Positions 20,404 through 31,004 of a stretch of 64,000 nucleotides of DNA are shown one piece after another; position 1 is the stretch's first letter; the number at the start of each line of letters is the position of its first letter. Source of the stretch: Candidatus Poribacteria bacterium (GTDB lineage Bacteria; Poribacteria; WGA-4E; WGA-3G); assembly GCA_965205025.1 (NCBI GenBank), contig CBDBFU010000014.1, positions 160,001 through 224,000 of the forward strand, in the 5' to 3' direction. Under the pieces are notes generated by a model, which saw only the letters and a list, made by a program, of their open reading frames with translations, was not told the origin of the DNA and did not search any database. The position numbers and the translations under genes are program-made.

Positions 20404-23400
20404 ATGAATACAAGAGAAGGTTATACCGAACTACAATCTAAGATATTAGATGCACGACGTGTATGGAAACGAAGCCTCTTCTGGACAGGAGCCGCTATCG
20501 TAATTATCGGACTTCTTGCGATCCTTGTTGGAGAATCAATTGTAGATTGGTTGATGCCACTCCCAAGTACTGTTCGGGTTGTAATGCTTGTAGGTATTGT
20601 TGTAGCAGTAATCTACCTACTATATAGACACATCATACAACCCTTGAAAGCTTCGTTAACGTTGCGAGACGTAGCACTAAACGTTGAGGAGAAACATCCC
20701 AATCTTGAAGATAGACTTGTAAGTGCAGTTCAATTCGGATCACGCGAATCTGATGATCCCATTGAATCTCATATGCTACAACGTCTCCTTGAAGATACTA
20801 CTAATAAAATTAAAGGCATTGATTTTAAGGCTACAATTGACCACAGCCGGACTCGAAAATATGTTAGTATTGCAATCTTAGTAATTGCTGCAAGCGGCTT
20901 ACTCACTCTCCTATTTCCCACAGAGATACAGACCAGTTTAATGAGAGTATTGGTTCCATGGGAGAAAACAAAACCCATTTTATCTACGAAAGTTGACGTT
21001 TCACCTGGAAATGCTCGTATTCTTATAGGAAAAAGTTTACCAATTGATGTGACTGTAACTGGAAAAACTGCAGATAAAGCCACACTAACATATTATAGCA
21101 AAGATAACCCACCAACGGTTGATAGTGATGGAAGCAAAAAAGAAATAAATATGCTACAGAATCCTGATGATAAACGGGGTTTTGCCTATGAACTCTTCAA
21201 TATCGAAGCAGAGATGGAATACTTTGTTACTGTCAATGAGACCACATCTGAACGATACACGATTGAGGTATTCGAAATGCCGAGGGTGGAAGATATCTCT
21301 GTCGCATACACCTATCCTGAATATACTGAACTCAGTCCAGTTGTTCAACAAGGAAGTGGAGATGTACAAGCTGTCGTCGGTTCAACAGCAGAAATACGTA
21401 TCACAGCTAATAAAGCAATTCAGAAGGCTAAATTCACACATCAAACTTCAAATACTGAACCTATCATTGATAGGATTAATGAAGAAACAGAAGTCACACC
21501 AGATTCTCCTGCAATGACTATCGCAGACAGCAACATACTGACAAAGACACTACAAGTTACCGAGGATGGAAAATACAGTGTAGAACTGCTCTGTATTGAT
21601 AACTTTAATAATGAAATTCCTATTGAATATAATATAAAAGCAAATCCAGATAACCCTCCAGAAGTGGTAATCAAAGAACCCGGACGCGATGTCAAAGCTT
21701 CAATACTCGAAGAGGTTAAAATCGTCGCAGAAGCTACAGATGACTTTGGGGTTGAACAGTTAAAACTGATGTACCGTACCGGTGCTGGGGAATTACAGGA
21801 ACTCCTTATGGAATCTCCTGTCGAACAACTATCTGAAGATAGTAATACTGGACCTGCAAAACACCTAAAATTTGGTTCATATACCTTCTATTTGGAAGAA
21901 TTTGATGTAGAACCAGGTGAAATATTATCATATTATGCACAGGCTATTGACAACAATATACTAACTGGACCCAGTGAAGGAAAAAGCGATATTTATTTCA
22001 TAGAGATTAAACCCTTTAATCAACGACTTTCTGAGGATGAACCATCAGAAGGTTCTTGTCCAAACCCATTTCTTGAGTTAATTGCTTCACAGAAACAAAT
22101 TATACGTGAAACATGGAAACATATTAACTCACAACCACCCACCATAACAGAAGATTACATATCTGCAGTCAAAAAGACTGGAACGAAGCAATCAGAATTA
22201 AAAGATAAAACTCAGAAGGTTACAGATGGATTGAGCATGCAAATGCAAGAAGTACAAATCGATCCAGAAATCATGATGAATCTTGAAGAAGCTATTGATA
22301 TGATGGGTGAGGCAACAAATCATCTAAATGACACACAACCCACTACTGCAATTCCACCTGAACAAGCCGCTCTTGAACTCCTTAATAAAGTCAATCTGGC
22401 ATTTCCAAAAGTGCTTAGGCAAGCAAGGAATAGCCAACCCCAACTTGCTGAGAACTTTGAACTGGAAATGGAAGATCTGCAGAATGAACTTGAGCAAGAT
22501 CAGGAAGAACTCGAACGGGAGATGCAAGAACAGACACAGGAAATGTTAGACCAAGCCAGAGAAATGCTGGCACAACAACAGAATCTAAATCAACAGAGTC
22601 AACAAATGGGGAGAGAAAGTCAACCATCTCCAAGTGATATGCAGCAGAACAGTCAACAACAAGGAGAATTAGCACAACAAGCACAGCAGATGTCCCAACA
22701 ACTCGCTGAAATGCAAGGCAATGCTCAGGACACACAGAGCGAACGTTTATCACAAGCAGGACAAGCGATGGGGCAAGCCGGTGAACAAATGCAACAAGCA
22801 TCACAAGGAATGGAACAGCAACAACCCCAATTGAGTGCCGCAAAAGGTGAAAAAGCTGAAGAACGACTTGAACAAGCCATCGATCAACTTGAAAGGGCTG
22901 CCGCTGAATTCACTGATAACGCATTAGAGAGAACAGCTGAACAACTACAACAGTTGACCGCTGAACAATCTGATGTTCAACAGCAAACACAAGAATTACG
23001 AGAAAGATCTCAGGAAACTGGGATGCGTCCAGAAGATTACAGACAGGCTTCTGAACTCGCAAATGAACAACGCCAACTCCAACGAGACTTAGAATCTGTT
23101 GAAGAGAATTTGAATAATCTATCAGAGCAACTCAACCAAGAGAATCCTGAGGCTGCACAGAATGTTCAGGACGCATCAAGGCGACTCTCTGAAGAACAAA
23201 CTTCAGAAGATATGGGGACGGCTCAAAGAGCATTACAATGGCGAAGTCTACAATCTGCTGAGTTAAATCAACAAGAAGCTCTTGATACACTACGAGAAGC
23301 ACAAAATGATCTGCAACAGGCAAGATCTAACATGGCACGCAATGAAGAAGAACAACTTGAAGCTACGCTTGACCAGCTCCAAAGTTTTGAAGAACAGATG

Positions 23401-23904
23401 CAGGATATTCAACGCGAACGGGAAGCGATGGAAGGACAAGAACAAACAGAGGAGCAACAACAGCGAGAACAACAACTTGCTGAACAACAACAGCAACTCG
23501 AAGAGCGTATGCAACAAGCACAACAAGCCATGCAAAATGCACAGCAAGGTCAACAACCCGGTGAACAACTCGGACAGCAGGGAGAGCAACCCGCACAGCA
23601 GGGACAACGGGGACAAGAACCCGCAGAAAATGACTTAGCAAGAAGTGGTCCAGAATCCAATCGTGAGATCAAGGAACTCTGGTTAGATCTTATTGACAGT
23701 ATGCAGTATCGTGCCGGAAATCGTAAGAATCCGTTCCCAAATTATGAACTCGCAATACGAGATCTGAGAAAACTTGAGACCGCTATTGAAGAACGGCTTA
23801 ACCTCCTACAAGAGATGAAACAACTAACTCAAGTTGCTAAGGAAGATGTACCACCAAAATACCGAAGACTTGTTGACAACTACTACGAATCTTTAGCAAA
23901 GTAG
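20404..23904 (+). CDS. DUF4175-like large membrane-anchored protein, copy 2
   Basis: Near-identical to 16144..19653; ORF intact. Confidence 0.8.
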   Translation: MNTREGYTELQSKILDARRVWKRSLFWTGAAIVIIGLLAILVGESIVDWLMPLPSTVRVVMLVGIVVAVIYLLYRHIIQPLKASLTLRDVALNVEEKHPNLEDRLVSAVQFGSRESDDPIESHMLQRLLEDTTNKIKGIDFKATIDHSRTRKYVSIAILVIAASGLLTLLFPTEIQTSLMRVLVPWEKTKPILSTKVDVSPGNARILIGKSLPIDVTVTGKTADKATLTYYSKDNPPTVDSDGSKKEINMLQNPDDKRGFAYELFNIEAEMEYFVTVNETTSERYTIEVFEMPRVEDISVAYTYPEYTELSPVVQQGSGDVQAVVGSTAEIRITANKAIQKAKFTHQTSNTEPIIDRINEETEVTPDSPAMTIADSNILTKTLQVTEDGKYSVELLCIDNFNNEIPIEYNIKANPDNPPEVVIKEPGRDVKASILEEVKIVAEATDDFGVEQLKLMYRTGAGELQELLMESPVEQLSEDSNTGPAKHLKFGSYTFYLEEFDVEPGEILSYYAQAIDNNILTGPSEGKSDIYFIEIKPFNQRLSEDEPSEGSCPNPFLELIASQKQIIRETWKHINSQPPTITEDYISAVKKTGTKQSELKDKTQKVTDGLSMQMQEVQIDPEIMMNLEEAIDMMGEATNHLNDTQPTTAIPPEQAALELLNKVNLAFPKVLRQARNSQPQLAENFELEMEDLQNELEQDQEELEREMQEQTQEMLDQAREMLAQQQNLNQQSQQMGRESQPSPSDMQQNSQQQGELAQQAQQMSQQLAEMQGNAQDTQSERLSQAGQAMGQAGEQMQQASQGMEQQQPQLSAAKGEKAEERLEQAIDQLERAAAEFTDNALERTAEQLQQLTAEQSDVQQQTQELRERSQETGMRPEDYRQASELANEQRQLQRDLESVEENLNNLSEQLNQENPEAAQNVQDASRRLSEEQTSEDMGTAQRALQWRSLQSAELNQQEALDTLREAQNDLQQARSNMARNEEEQLEATLDQLQSFEEQMQDIQREREAMEGQEQTEEQQQREQQLAEQQQQLEERMQQAQQAMQNAQQGQQPGEQLGQQGEQPAQQGQRGQEPAENDLARSGPESNREIKELWLDLIDSMQYRAGNRKNPFPNYELAIRDLRKLETAIEERLNLLQEMKQLTQVAKEDVPPKYRRLVDNYYESLAK

Positions 23905-24000
23905 ATAGCAGCATTCTACTTAAGAAAAATTTGGGACAATATGGGAAAACCCAGTTGTCCCTTTCTTATACCAATTCTTATAATTATAGTCTCTTTAATG

Positions 24001-24119
24001 TAATACCATTTCTAATTGAAAATGTCTCTTTTTTGTACCACAAACTTTCAGTTTGTGACCTGAAAAATGACTACCATAATAACCACCTAATGAGACAATA
24101 ATTTATAGAAATGGTATTA
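24001..24119. mobile_element. MITE family C
   Basis: TACCATTTCTA...TAGAAATGGTA ends; core GTACCACAAACTTTCAGTTTGTG; near-identical to 38366 and 39475. Confidence 0.9.
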
Positions 24120-24190
24120 CACATTGAAGGGAACAGTTGTTCTTACTACAGAATACTCTAATCACTTTACAATTATAATGGAGGATAACT

Positions 24191-25018
24191 ATGGCACAAC
24201 CTTTTATTGTTAAGCCTGGTGGAAAGATAAGTCTTAACGGTGGCGGAGAGGATTTCAATCCTGAACATTCACCAGAATTTACCGGGTCTTACCGAAAAAA
24301 AGGTGATACAAAGAAATATCTGAAAAAGCTACATAAACAGATGTTAAAGCTTCAAGAACTATTATACGCTGGAGGAGAACACGCAGTCCTAATTATCCTT
24401 CAAGGTATGGATACCTGTGGAAAAGATGGAACTATCCGAAAGGTAATGGGAGGTATTAATGTCCAAGGGTGTAATGTCGTCAATTTTAAAGTTCCTACAA
24501 TAGATGAGATTTCTCGTGATTACCTATGGCGAGCACACAAAGCTGTACCACAGAGAGGTAAAATAGGAATCTTCAATCGGTCCCATTATGAAGATGTTCT
24601 TGTTGTTAGGGTACATGATCTCGTACCAAAATCAGTTTGGAAACAACGCTATCAACAGATTAACGACTTTGAAAAAATGCTGGTGGAAAATGGAACAATT
24701 GTCTTGAAATTCTTTCTGAACATCTCAAAAGATGAACAGAAAGAACGGTTAGAATCACGAATAAACGATCCTACCAAGCATTGGAAAATTACCAAAGCCG
24801 ATATACGTGAACGTTCATATTGGGATGATTACATGGAAGCTTATGAAGATGCACTCAATAACTGTAGTACGGATTGGGCACCGTGGTATGTTATTCCCGC
24901 CAATAAAAAATGGTATCGTAATCTGGTTATTACTGAGAGAATTGTAAATACTCTTGAAGATATGCACATGAAATACCCAGAACCCGATTCTGATGTTTCC
25001 AAACTTATTGTTGAATAA
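24191..25018 (+). CDS. ppk2: Polyphosphate kinase 2 family protein
   Basis: QGMDTCGKDG, FNRSHYEDVL, KFFLNISKDEQ and APWYVIPANKKW motifs. Confidence 0.93.
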   Translation: MAQPFIVKPGGKISLNGGGEDFNPEHSPEFTGSYRKKGDTKKYLKKLHKQMLKLQELLYAGGEHAVLIILQGMDTCGKDGTIRKVMGGINVQGCNVVNFKVPTIDEISRDYLWRAHKAVPQRGKIGIFNRSHYEDVLVVRVHDLVPKSVWKQRYQQINDFEKMLVENGTIVLKFFLNISKDEQKERLESRINDPTKHWKITKADIRERSYWDDYMEAYEDALNNCSTDWAPWYVIPANKKWYRNLVITERIVNTLEDMHMKYPEPDSDVSKLIVE

Positions 25019-25035
25019 AGAATACAGGAAAACTC

Positions 25036-25332
25036 ATGAAAGTCAATCTCCTAAGTAACAATAAAAAACTTGTAAGTATAGTAATGCTCGTAGGTTCACT
25101 ATTGATATGTATAGGTATATTGCTGAATATCGCAAATATCTGGATGAGTTTTTCAATATGTCTATTAGGTGCAGGATTAATCACCGCTTTTTGGAGTGCT
25201 TTCTCACACAATATCATTAAGGCAAAGGAGACAGGAGTTAAACCATCACGGTTTGTAGGTAATATCTCTTTCATGATATTGTCCATATTCTGGATAGGCA
25301 TATTAGTTTGGATATACTCCACAATATATTAA
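25036..25332 (+). CDS. Small three-TM hypothetical membrane protein
   Basis: AGGA RBS, three hydrophobic stretches, co-oriented within the gene run. Confidence 0.6.
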   Translation: MKVNLLSNNKKLVSIVMLVGSLLICIGILLNIANIWMSFSICLLGAGLITAFWSAFSHNIIKAKETGVKPSRFVGNISFMILSIFWIGILVWIYSTIY

Positions 25333-25385
25333 TCTAAATATGCCATGTACACCTATCTTCTGTATTGAATCTTAAGGAACATTGA

Positions 25386-26165
25386 ATGCTCTCGACTGAA
25401 CAGTTAGAACAATTTGAAGAAAAAGGGTATCTTTTACTATCTGGGTTAATTCCCAAGAAAACCATTAAAAACGCAGAACAAGCCATGTGGCATTCTTTGG
25501 GGATGGATCCAGATGATTCTGAAACATGGGAGCAGGTGAAACGTCCATTTCTAACCGGTTTTTATATAGAGAAGATGTCTAATGAAAACCGAATTGAACT
25601 CTTTGGTCTTACACATCCAGATATTCTTGCATGTTGTACGCCTGAATACCGAACCGTTCTCATGCAACTTGCCGAAAGATATCCTGAAATACCCCATTGT
25701 AAATGCAGTGAACCTGATAGTGTATGGGCGATGAACCAATTCCCTGATCCATCTGAATGGAGAGTCACTACACCCCATCTGGATGGATATTCCAGAGATT
25801 TACGGTTGGATCCAGGTACATTCCGGGCAAGCAGTCTCACCTATCTTACCGATGCTAACCCACAACAAGGAAATACTGTGATTTGGCCTGAAGGACCGGA
25901 ACGCATACGTTCATTCCGAAAAAAGAATCCAGATTTTTCTAATCATATACAAGATATCCGAAAGATATTCTTAGATATTGAACTTGGTGAACCAATGGAA
26001 ATTGTTGCTAAGCAAGGCGATGTACTACTATTCCATCATTTATTACCACATACGAGTACAATTAACGCGACCCCATCACCCCGCTTCGCAATTCGTTATA
26101 TGTGCCTGTGTTTTGAGTGCCGTCCTTGGCAAAAAAGAGGAGAATGGAACATCTGGATGCCATAG
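25386..26165 (+). CDS. Phytanoyl-CoA dioxygenase (PhyH) family Fe/2OG enzyme
   Basis: QFEEKGYL, HLD, YLTD, GDVLLFHHLLPH...N....R. Confidence 0.85.
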   Translation: MLSTEQLEQFEEKGYLLLSGLIPKKTIKNAEQAMWHSLGMDPDDSETWEQVKRPFLTGFYIEKMSNENRIELFGLTHPDILACCTPEYRTVLMQLAERYPEIPHCKCSEPDSVWAMNQFPDPSEWRVTTPHLDGYSRDLRLDPGTFRASSLTYLTDANPQQGNTVIWPEGPERIRSFRKKNPDFSNHIQDIRKIFLDIELGEPMEIVAKQGDVLLFHHLLPHTSTINATPSPRFAIRYMCLCFECRPWQKRGEWNIWMP

Positions 26166-26218
26166 ATTCACTGATTTGATGAATGAACTGACACAGAAAT
26201 TTGAATGGAAATTTGAAG

Positions 26219-27445
26219 ATGGATTTATCAAGAATTGTTCCTCGCATTGAATCCTTACGGGTCAAGAACTATCGTGCATTACAAGATGTCAAAATACGAG
26301 GTATTACCCCGGTAACAGCATTTTTAGGCTCAAACGGAAGTGGAAAATCAACACTTTTTGATGTCTTTGCATTTCTTGCAGAATGCTTCACAGAGGGTTT
26401 ACGTCGCGCTTGGGATAAACGTGGACGTTTCAATGAATTAAGAACACGGGGCAATGATGGACCTATAGAGTTTGAATTGAAGTACCGAGAAAAGCCTAAT
26501 ACTCCTATTATTACCTATAAATTAACCATTAATGAAACAAAAAAGGGACCAATCGTTGAAAATGAATCATTACAATGGAGACGTAAACGCTATGGAAAAC
26601 CATTCCGCTTCCTGGATTTTGGTAAAGGTAGAGGAAATGTAATTACAGGTGAAATGCCAGACGAGACAGATACACGAATTGAGGAACAGTTGGATGATCC
26701 ATCGATGCTGGCAGTCAGCACTCTTGGACAATTAGCCAGACACCCACGCGTTAGTGCTCTTCGAAGATTTATTACTGGATGGCATCTCTCCTATCTTTCT
26801 GCCGACGCTACACGGGGGATACCAGAAGCTGGACCCCAGGAAAGATTATCTGAATCAGGAAATAATCTACCAAATGTTATACAGTATTTGAAGGAACAAC
26901 ATAAAGACAGGTTGGATGAAATACTCTCAATTTTATCCAGAAGAGTTCCAAGATTAGAAAAGGTGGACGCTGAAATTATGTTGGACGGACGTCTTTTGTT
27001 ACAAATTAAAGATGCTCCATTTGATCAGCCAATATTAGCTAAATTCGTATCTGATGGAACACTGAAGATGCTATCCTATCTAACCTTATTATATGATCCT
27101 GAACCTCCGTTGCTAATTGGTATTGAAGAACCAGAGAATTATCTACATCCACGTTTGTTGAATGGTTTGGCAGAGGAATGTCATAAAGTGTCGGCATTAT
27201 CTCAAGTAATGATTACAACCCATTCACCACAATTTATTAATGAATTTCGTGCTCAAGAGGTATGGGTTCTATATAGGGATGAAAAAGGTTTTACTGTATG
27301 TAAACGCACTTCAGATATGCAGGGGGTCAATGAGTTTATCGCGACAGGGGCTAAGTTAGGACAGTTATGGATGGAGGGCTATTTTGAATTTGGTGATCCA
27401 TTAACTAATTCTGACAATCTAATAGGAAATAGACATGCATCTTGA
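26219..27445 (+). CDS. AAA_21/ABC-type ATPase
   Basis: [13 protein letters not shown] signature, IEEPEN.LHP and TTHSP motifs. Confidence 0.9.
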   Translation: MDLSRIVPRIESLRVKNYRALQDVKIRGITPVTAFLGSNGSGKSTLFDVFAFLAECFTEGLRRAWDKRGRFNELRTRGNDGPIEFELKYREKPNTPIITYKLTINETKKGPIVENESLQWRRKRYGKPFRFLDFGKGRGNVITGEMPDETDTRIEEQLDDPSMLAVSTLGQLARHPRVSALRRFITGWHLSYLSADATRGIPEAGPQERLSESGNNLPNVIQYLKEQHKDRLDEILSILSRRVPRLEKVDAEIMLDGRLLLQIKDAPFDQPILAKFVSDGTLKMLSYLTLLYDPEPPLLIGIEEPENYLHPRLLNGLAEECHKVSALSQVMITTHSPQFINEFRAQEVWVLYRDEKGFTVCKRTSDMQGVNEFIATGAKLGQLWMEGYFEFGDPLTNSDNLIGNRHAS

Positions 27446-28052
27446 ATTCCTCTTGGAAGAACGTTCTACAGAGGTAACACTAATTGAAATATTGTCCAAG
27501 ATTATCCCTGAAAATGTTGACTTCAAATGTCATGTTTTTCAAGGAAAAGAGGATTTACTTAAGCAACTTCCTAATAGGTTGAAAGGGTACCGTCAGTGGA
27601 TACAAGATGATTGGCGGATTGTGGTACTGATTGATGAAGATCGGGAGGATTGTCTTGAACTGAAACAGAAGTTAGAAAATGTTGCACGTCAGGTAGGCTT
27701 TTATACTAAATCCAATAAGTCCCAAACTGGCAACTTTCAAGTAGTTAATCGCATAGCAATTGAAGAATTAGAAGCTTGGTTTTTAGGAGATCCGATAGCA
27801 ATTCGGTATGCTTATCCGAAAGTCTCAAAATCCTTTCATCGCCGTTCCAAGTATCGCAACCCTGATAAGATACAAGGTGGCACCAGTGAAGCATTAGAAC
27901 GATTGTTAAAACAATATTACCCAAATTGGTTCCCTAAGGTTGAAGTTGCCCGAAACATTGCTCACTATATGCAACCAGAACGTAATAAATCAAAAAGTTT
28001 CCAAGTATTCATCGAAGGAGTTAAGGCTTGTGTTGAGAATTACAATGTATAA
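27435..28052 (+). CDS. DUF4276 family (TOPRIM-like) protein
   Basis: [23 protein letters not shown] and N.S.SF motifs; overlaps the ATPase stop codon. Confidence 0.85.
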   Translation: MHLEFLLEERSTEVTLIEILSKIIPENVDFKCHVFQGKEDLLKQLPNRLKGYRQWIQDDWRIVVLIDEDREDCLELKQKLENVARQVGFYTKSNKSQTGNFQVVNRIAIEELEAWFLGDPIAIRYAYPKVSKSFHRRSKYRNPDKIQGGTSEALERLLKQYYPNWFPKVEVARNIAHYMQPERNKSKSFQVFIEGVKACVENYNV

Positions 28053-28141
28053 TTCAATCCGTATGGATATTCATGTATAGGTATTCAATACAAAAATAGA
28101 AAATTTTACAACTACTCACTAAATCTAATCAAGGAGAACTA

Positions 28142-28936
28142 ATGTTTAATATTCTATATCTTAGAAAATCAAAATCTATAAAGATAATAGCACATAATTA
28201 TGTGTCGTTATTAATTCCTCTGACAGTTCTATTCTGTAGTCTCATCTTCACCCCAGTAGTTAAGGCACAAGATATATTACTACAAACAGGATTTGAGGAT
28301 TTCACTATAGGTGAACCACCAACTGATTGGCAGGTAAGAGGGGAACAGATCAATGTTACCGACGAAACCGCTAAAAACGGTAATAAGTCTCTCGGAATTT
28401 TTGGCGGATCAAATGATGATAGATGTGGGGTCGCTATTGATACAGAAAATCCTATCATTTCTGTCGAATTTTGGGTGTTCATCAATGGATCTGGAAGAGC
28501 ATTCAACCTAAAGGTTATCTCTGATGATAACATCCACGCGAATGACGGTGGAGTATACATGAATTGGAATGTAAATGCAGTCCGTTTATACAACGGATCG
28601 GCATGGGTCGCTATTGGTGAATTCCCATTTGGAAGTTGGAGATATGTTCGAGTTGTCGCAGATGTAAGTAAGAGTGAATTTGATTATTATGTTGGAAAAG
28701 ATAGAGACGAAGCACTATTGGCTGAACCAATTTCAGGACTATCCTTTAGAAAACCTGCCACTAATCCCACAGCACAATGGGTTGTTTTTCATATCTATTC
28801 ATCGGTTGCCCAAGGGTTTGTAGATGATTTACTCATCTATGAAGGCGCAGATCCACCCGTCTCAACACCTGTCGAATCCAAAGATAAGCTTACAACTTAC
28901 TGGGGACAGGTCAAGAAACAATCCCATTTACGATAG
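28142..28936 (+). CDS. Secreted beta-jelly-roll protein with C-terminal KLTTxW motif, paralog 1
   Basis: Signal peptide, TGFE..DDLLIY fold signature, tail PVESKDKLTTYWGQVK. Confidence 0.75.
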   Translation: MFNILYLRKSKSIKIIAHNYVSLLIPLTVLFCSLIFTPVVKAQDILLQTGFEDFTIGEPPTDWQVRGEQINVTDETAKNGNKSLGIFGGSNDDRCGVAIDTENPIISVEFWVFINGSGRAFNLKVISDDNIHANDGGVYMNWNVNAVRLYNGSAWVAIGEFPFGSWRYVRVVADVSKSEFDYYVGKDRDEALLAEPISGLSFRKPATNPTAQWVVFHIYSSVAQGFVDDLLIYEGADPPVSTPVESKDKLTTYWGQVKKQSHLR

Positions 28937-29008
28937 ATACCATTTATCGTATCGAAGTTTGGTTAGACACAATTAATCGATTAGATACAAATTCGATAAG
29001 GAGAGAAA

Positions 29009-29773
29009 ATGAAGAAAAGGTACAGATTCAAAGTCAAGAGAACATCTATAGCAGTAGTACTTGTTCTACCATTAATGTGTCTTCTTCTAAACTTCTATCT
29101 CTTACAAGATGCCGTTTCCCAAAAGGTCTTTATACAAACTGGATTTGAAAAAGAAACCGTGGGTAAACCACCAAAGGATTGGGAAGTTAGAGGTGAAGGT
29201 TTTGAGGTGACAACAGATACCGTCAAAACAGATAAGAAAGCACTTGCAATCTTGCTTGGACCTAATGATGATAGAGTAGGAGTTCCAATTGAAACTGACA
29301 ATCCAATCATTTCAATTGAATTTTGGGTTTATATTGAAGGTGGGGGTAGATCATTTAACCTCAAAATAATTACTGCAGATGATATAGCACAACACAATGG
29401 TGGTCCATATATCAATTGGAATGGTGATTCTGTCCGTCTTTTTGATGGAGCGGCATGGGTTCTAATTGATGAATTTGATACTAATGAATGGATATATGTT
29501 CGCGTTGTTACAGATGTAAGCAAAAGTGAATTTGATTTCTATTCTGGGGAGGATCGAAATCTGGCATTAAAAGACCGTGGTAAAAAAGGACTCCCATTTC
29601 GTAACCCCGCAGTAAATCCTACTGCCAAATGGGTTGCTTTCCATGTTTATTCAATGACAGCACCTGCCTATGTAGATGATGTGTTAATCTACGAAGGCGA
29701 CGAACCGATAAACTTGGCAGTTGATCCACTCGGAAAACTCACGACTTTCTGGGGAAATATTAAAAAGGAATAA
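29009..29773 (+). CDS. Secreted beta-jelly-roll protein with C-terminal KLTTxW motif, paralog 2
   Basis: Clear paralog of 28142..28936; tail AVDPLGKLTTFWGNIK. Confidence 0.75.
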   Translation: MKKRYRFKVKRTSIAVVLVLPLMCLLLNFYLLQDAVSQKVFIQTGFEKETVGKPPKDWEVRGEGFEVTTDTVKTDKKALAILLGPNDDRVGVPIETDNPIISIEFWVYIEGGGRSFNLKIITADDIAQHNGGPYINWNGDSVRLFDGAAWVLIDEFDTNEWIYVRVVTDVSKSEFDFYSGEDRNLALKDRGKKGLPFRNPAVNPTAKWVAFHVYSMTAPAYVDDVLIYEGDEPINLAVDPLGKLTTFWGNIKKE

Positions 29774-29844
29774 TCCTTTAGTCTCACCAAGAAACAAAGG
29801 ACAGATACATGATATGAATCAATAATAACATTAATTTCTACCTT

Positions 29845-29901
29845 GTACCACAAACTTCCAGTTTGTGCCTCTTGATGTCTCAAACTGGAAGTTCACCTTA
29901 C
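29845..29901. repeat. REPIN-like inverted doublet of the CACAAACT/AGTTTGTG hairpin
   Basis: GTACCACAAACTTCCAGTTTGTG...CAAACTGGAAGTT. Confidence 0.7.
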
Positions 29902-29988
29902 AGAAATTGACTAACTATCAGCATTTCCAATTAAAGACTGTGTTTCCATGTCAAAAAACCTATAGGTAACAACTTAGCATAAAATTAG

Positions 29989-30110
29989 TAATACCATTTC
30001 TGATAATTAATGTCTCTCTTATGTGGTGTAGCATAAACTTCCAGTTTGTGCGGTATTCAAGACAAGTTTGACAACTGTTCATGGGATAAACATTTATAGA
30101 AATGGTATAA
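29989..30110. mobile_element. MITE family C variant
   Basis: TAA|TACCATTTCT...AGAAATGGTA|TAA; core GTAGCATAAACTTCCAGTTTGTGC. Confidence 0.85.
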
Positions 30111-30150
30111 GTATCCTTGGAAATTGAAGTGAATTAAATAGAGGTGTATT

Positions 30151-30966
30151 ATGGATAACGGAACAGTTAAACTCACACCCGCACAGAGGTTACACTTTGA
30201 CATATACGGGTTCGTCCTATTAGAAAATGTACTCACCAAAAATGAAATTGAACGGATGAAAAACGCACTTTATAAAATAAAAGCTGATGATTTAATCGAG
30301 GATCAACGAGTTTATGTCCGTCCAAATGGCGAACACCATGTACTGTTCGGTAATCTTGTGGAGTATGATCCCGCACTATTAGATTATGCTGCACATCCAA
30401 AACTGGTTCCACTCGTTGAAGAAGTAGTAGGAGGAGCAGTTCGGCTTGAGGAAACAGAAGCTATCATCAACAGTCGAAACCCAGATGTTGATTTAGATCA
30501 ACTTTTTGATAGGAAATACAACCCCACTGGATTTCATAGAGGAACACAACACGGATGGGGAACATACATCGAACAAGATAAGTTCCACTGTATCTTTGTT
30601 AAAACACTCGCATATCTAACGGATGTAGGTCCAGACGATGGAGGGACATGTCTAATTCCTGGAAGTCACCGATTAACTTGGAATCAACATGAGATGATTG
30701 ATGCTGCAATGTCAGATGATAAACTCATCCATCAAGTTGAAGCGTCTGCAGGGTCGGTATTACTGTTCGGAGAATCACTTATACACAGTACTACAGCAAT
30801 ACGAAGCAATAAAGAACGTGTTATTCTCGTAGCCGGATATACGCCACCTATGGTACGGGAATGGCCAGGAAACGAAGTGAATCCAGAATTTATTGAGACT
30901 CTTCCAGAGGAGATTCGACCACTAATTTCTGGGAGCGACAGTTGGCACTGGAAACGTAGATATTAA
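30151..30966 (+). CDS. PhyH family Fe/2OG enzyme, HxG variant
   Basis: FDIYGFVLLENVL, GFHRG, YLTDVGPDDGGT.LIPGSH and ESLIH motifs. Confidence 0.85.
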   Translation: MDNGTVKLTPAQRLHFDIYGFVLLENVLTKNEIERMKNALYKIKADDLIEDQRVYVRPNGEHHVLFGNLVEYDPALLDYAAHPKLVPLVEEVVGGAVRLEETEAIINSRNPDVDLDQLFDRKYNPTGFHRGTQHGWGTYIEQDKFHCIFVKTLAYLTDVGPDDGGTCLIPGSHRLTWNQHEMIDAAMSDDKLIHQVEASAGSVLLFGESLIHSTTAIRSNKERVILVAGYTPPMVREWPGNEVNPEFIETLPEEIRPLISGSDSWHWKRRY

Positions 30967-31004
30967 TACAATACTCAGGTAATAAAGTAAATCTCTACCT
31001 ACCT

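Larger units (their letters stand above)
15942..24002 (+). repeat. Recent tandem duplication, units ~15942-19748 and ~20040-24002
   Basis: Promoter, CDS and terminator are near-identical in the two units. Confidence 0.95.

Noticed and set aside
18064-23641. Leu/Val-rich antisense and shifted-frame ORFs inside the duplicated gene
   Set aside because: Shadow frames of CAA/GAA-rich coding sequence
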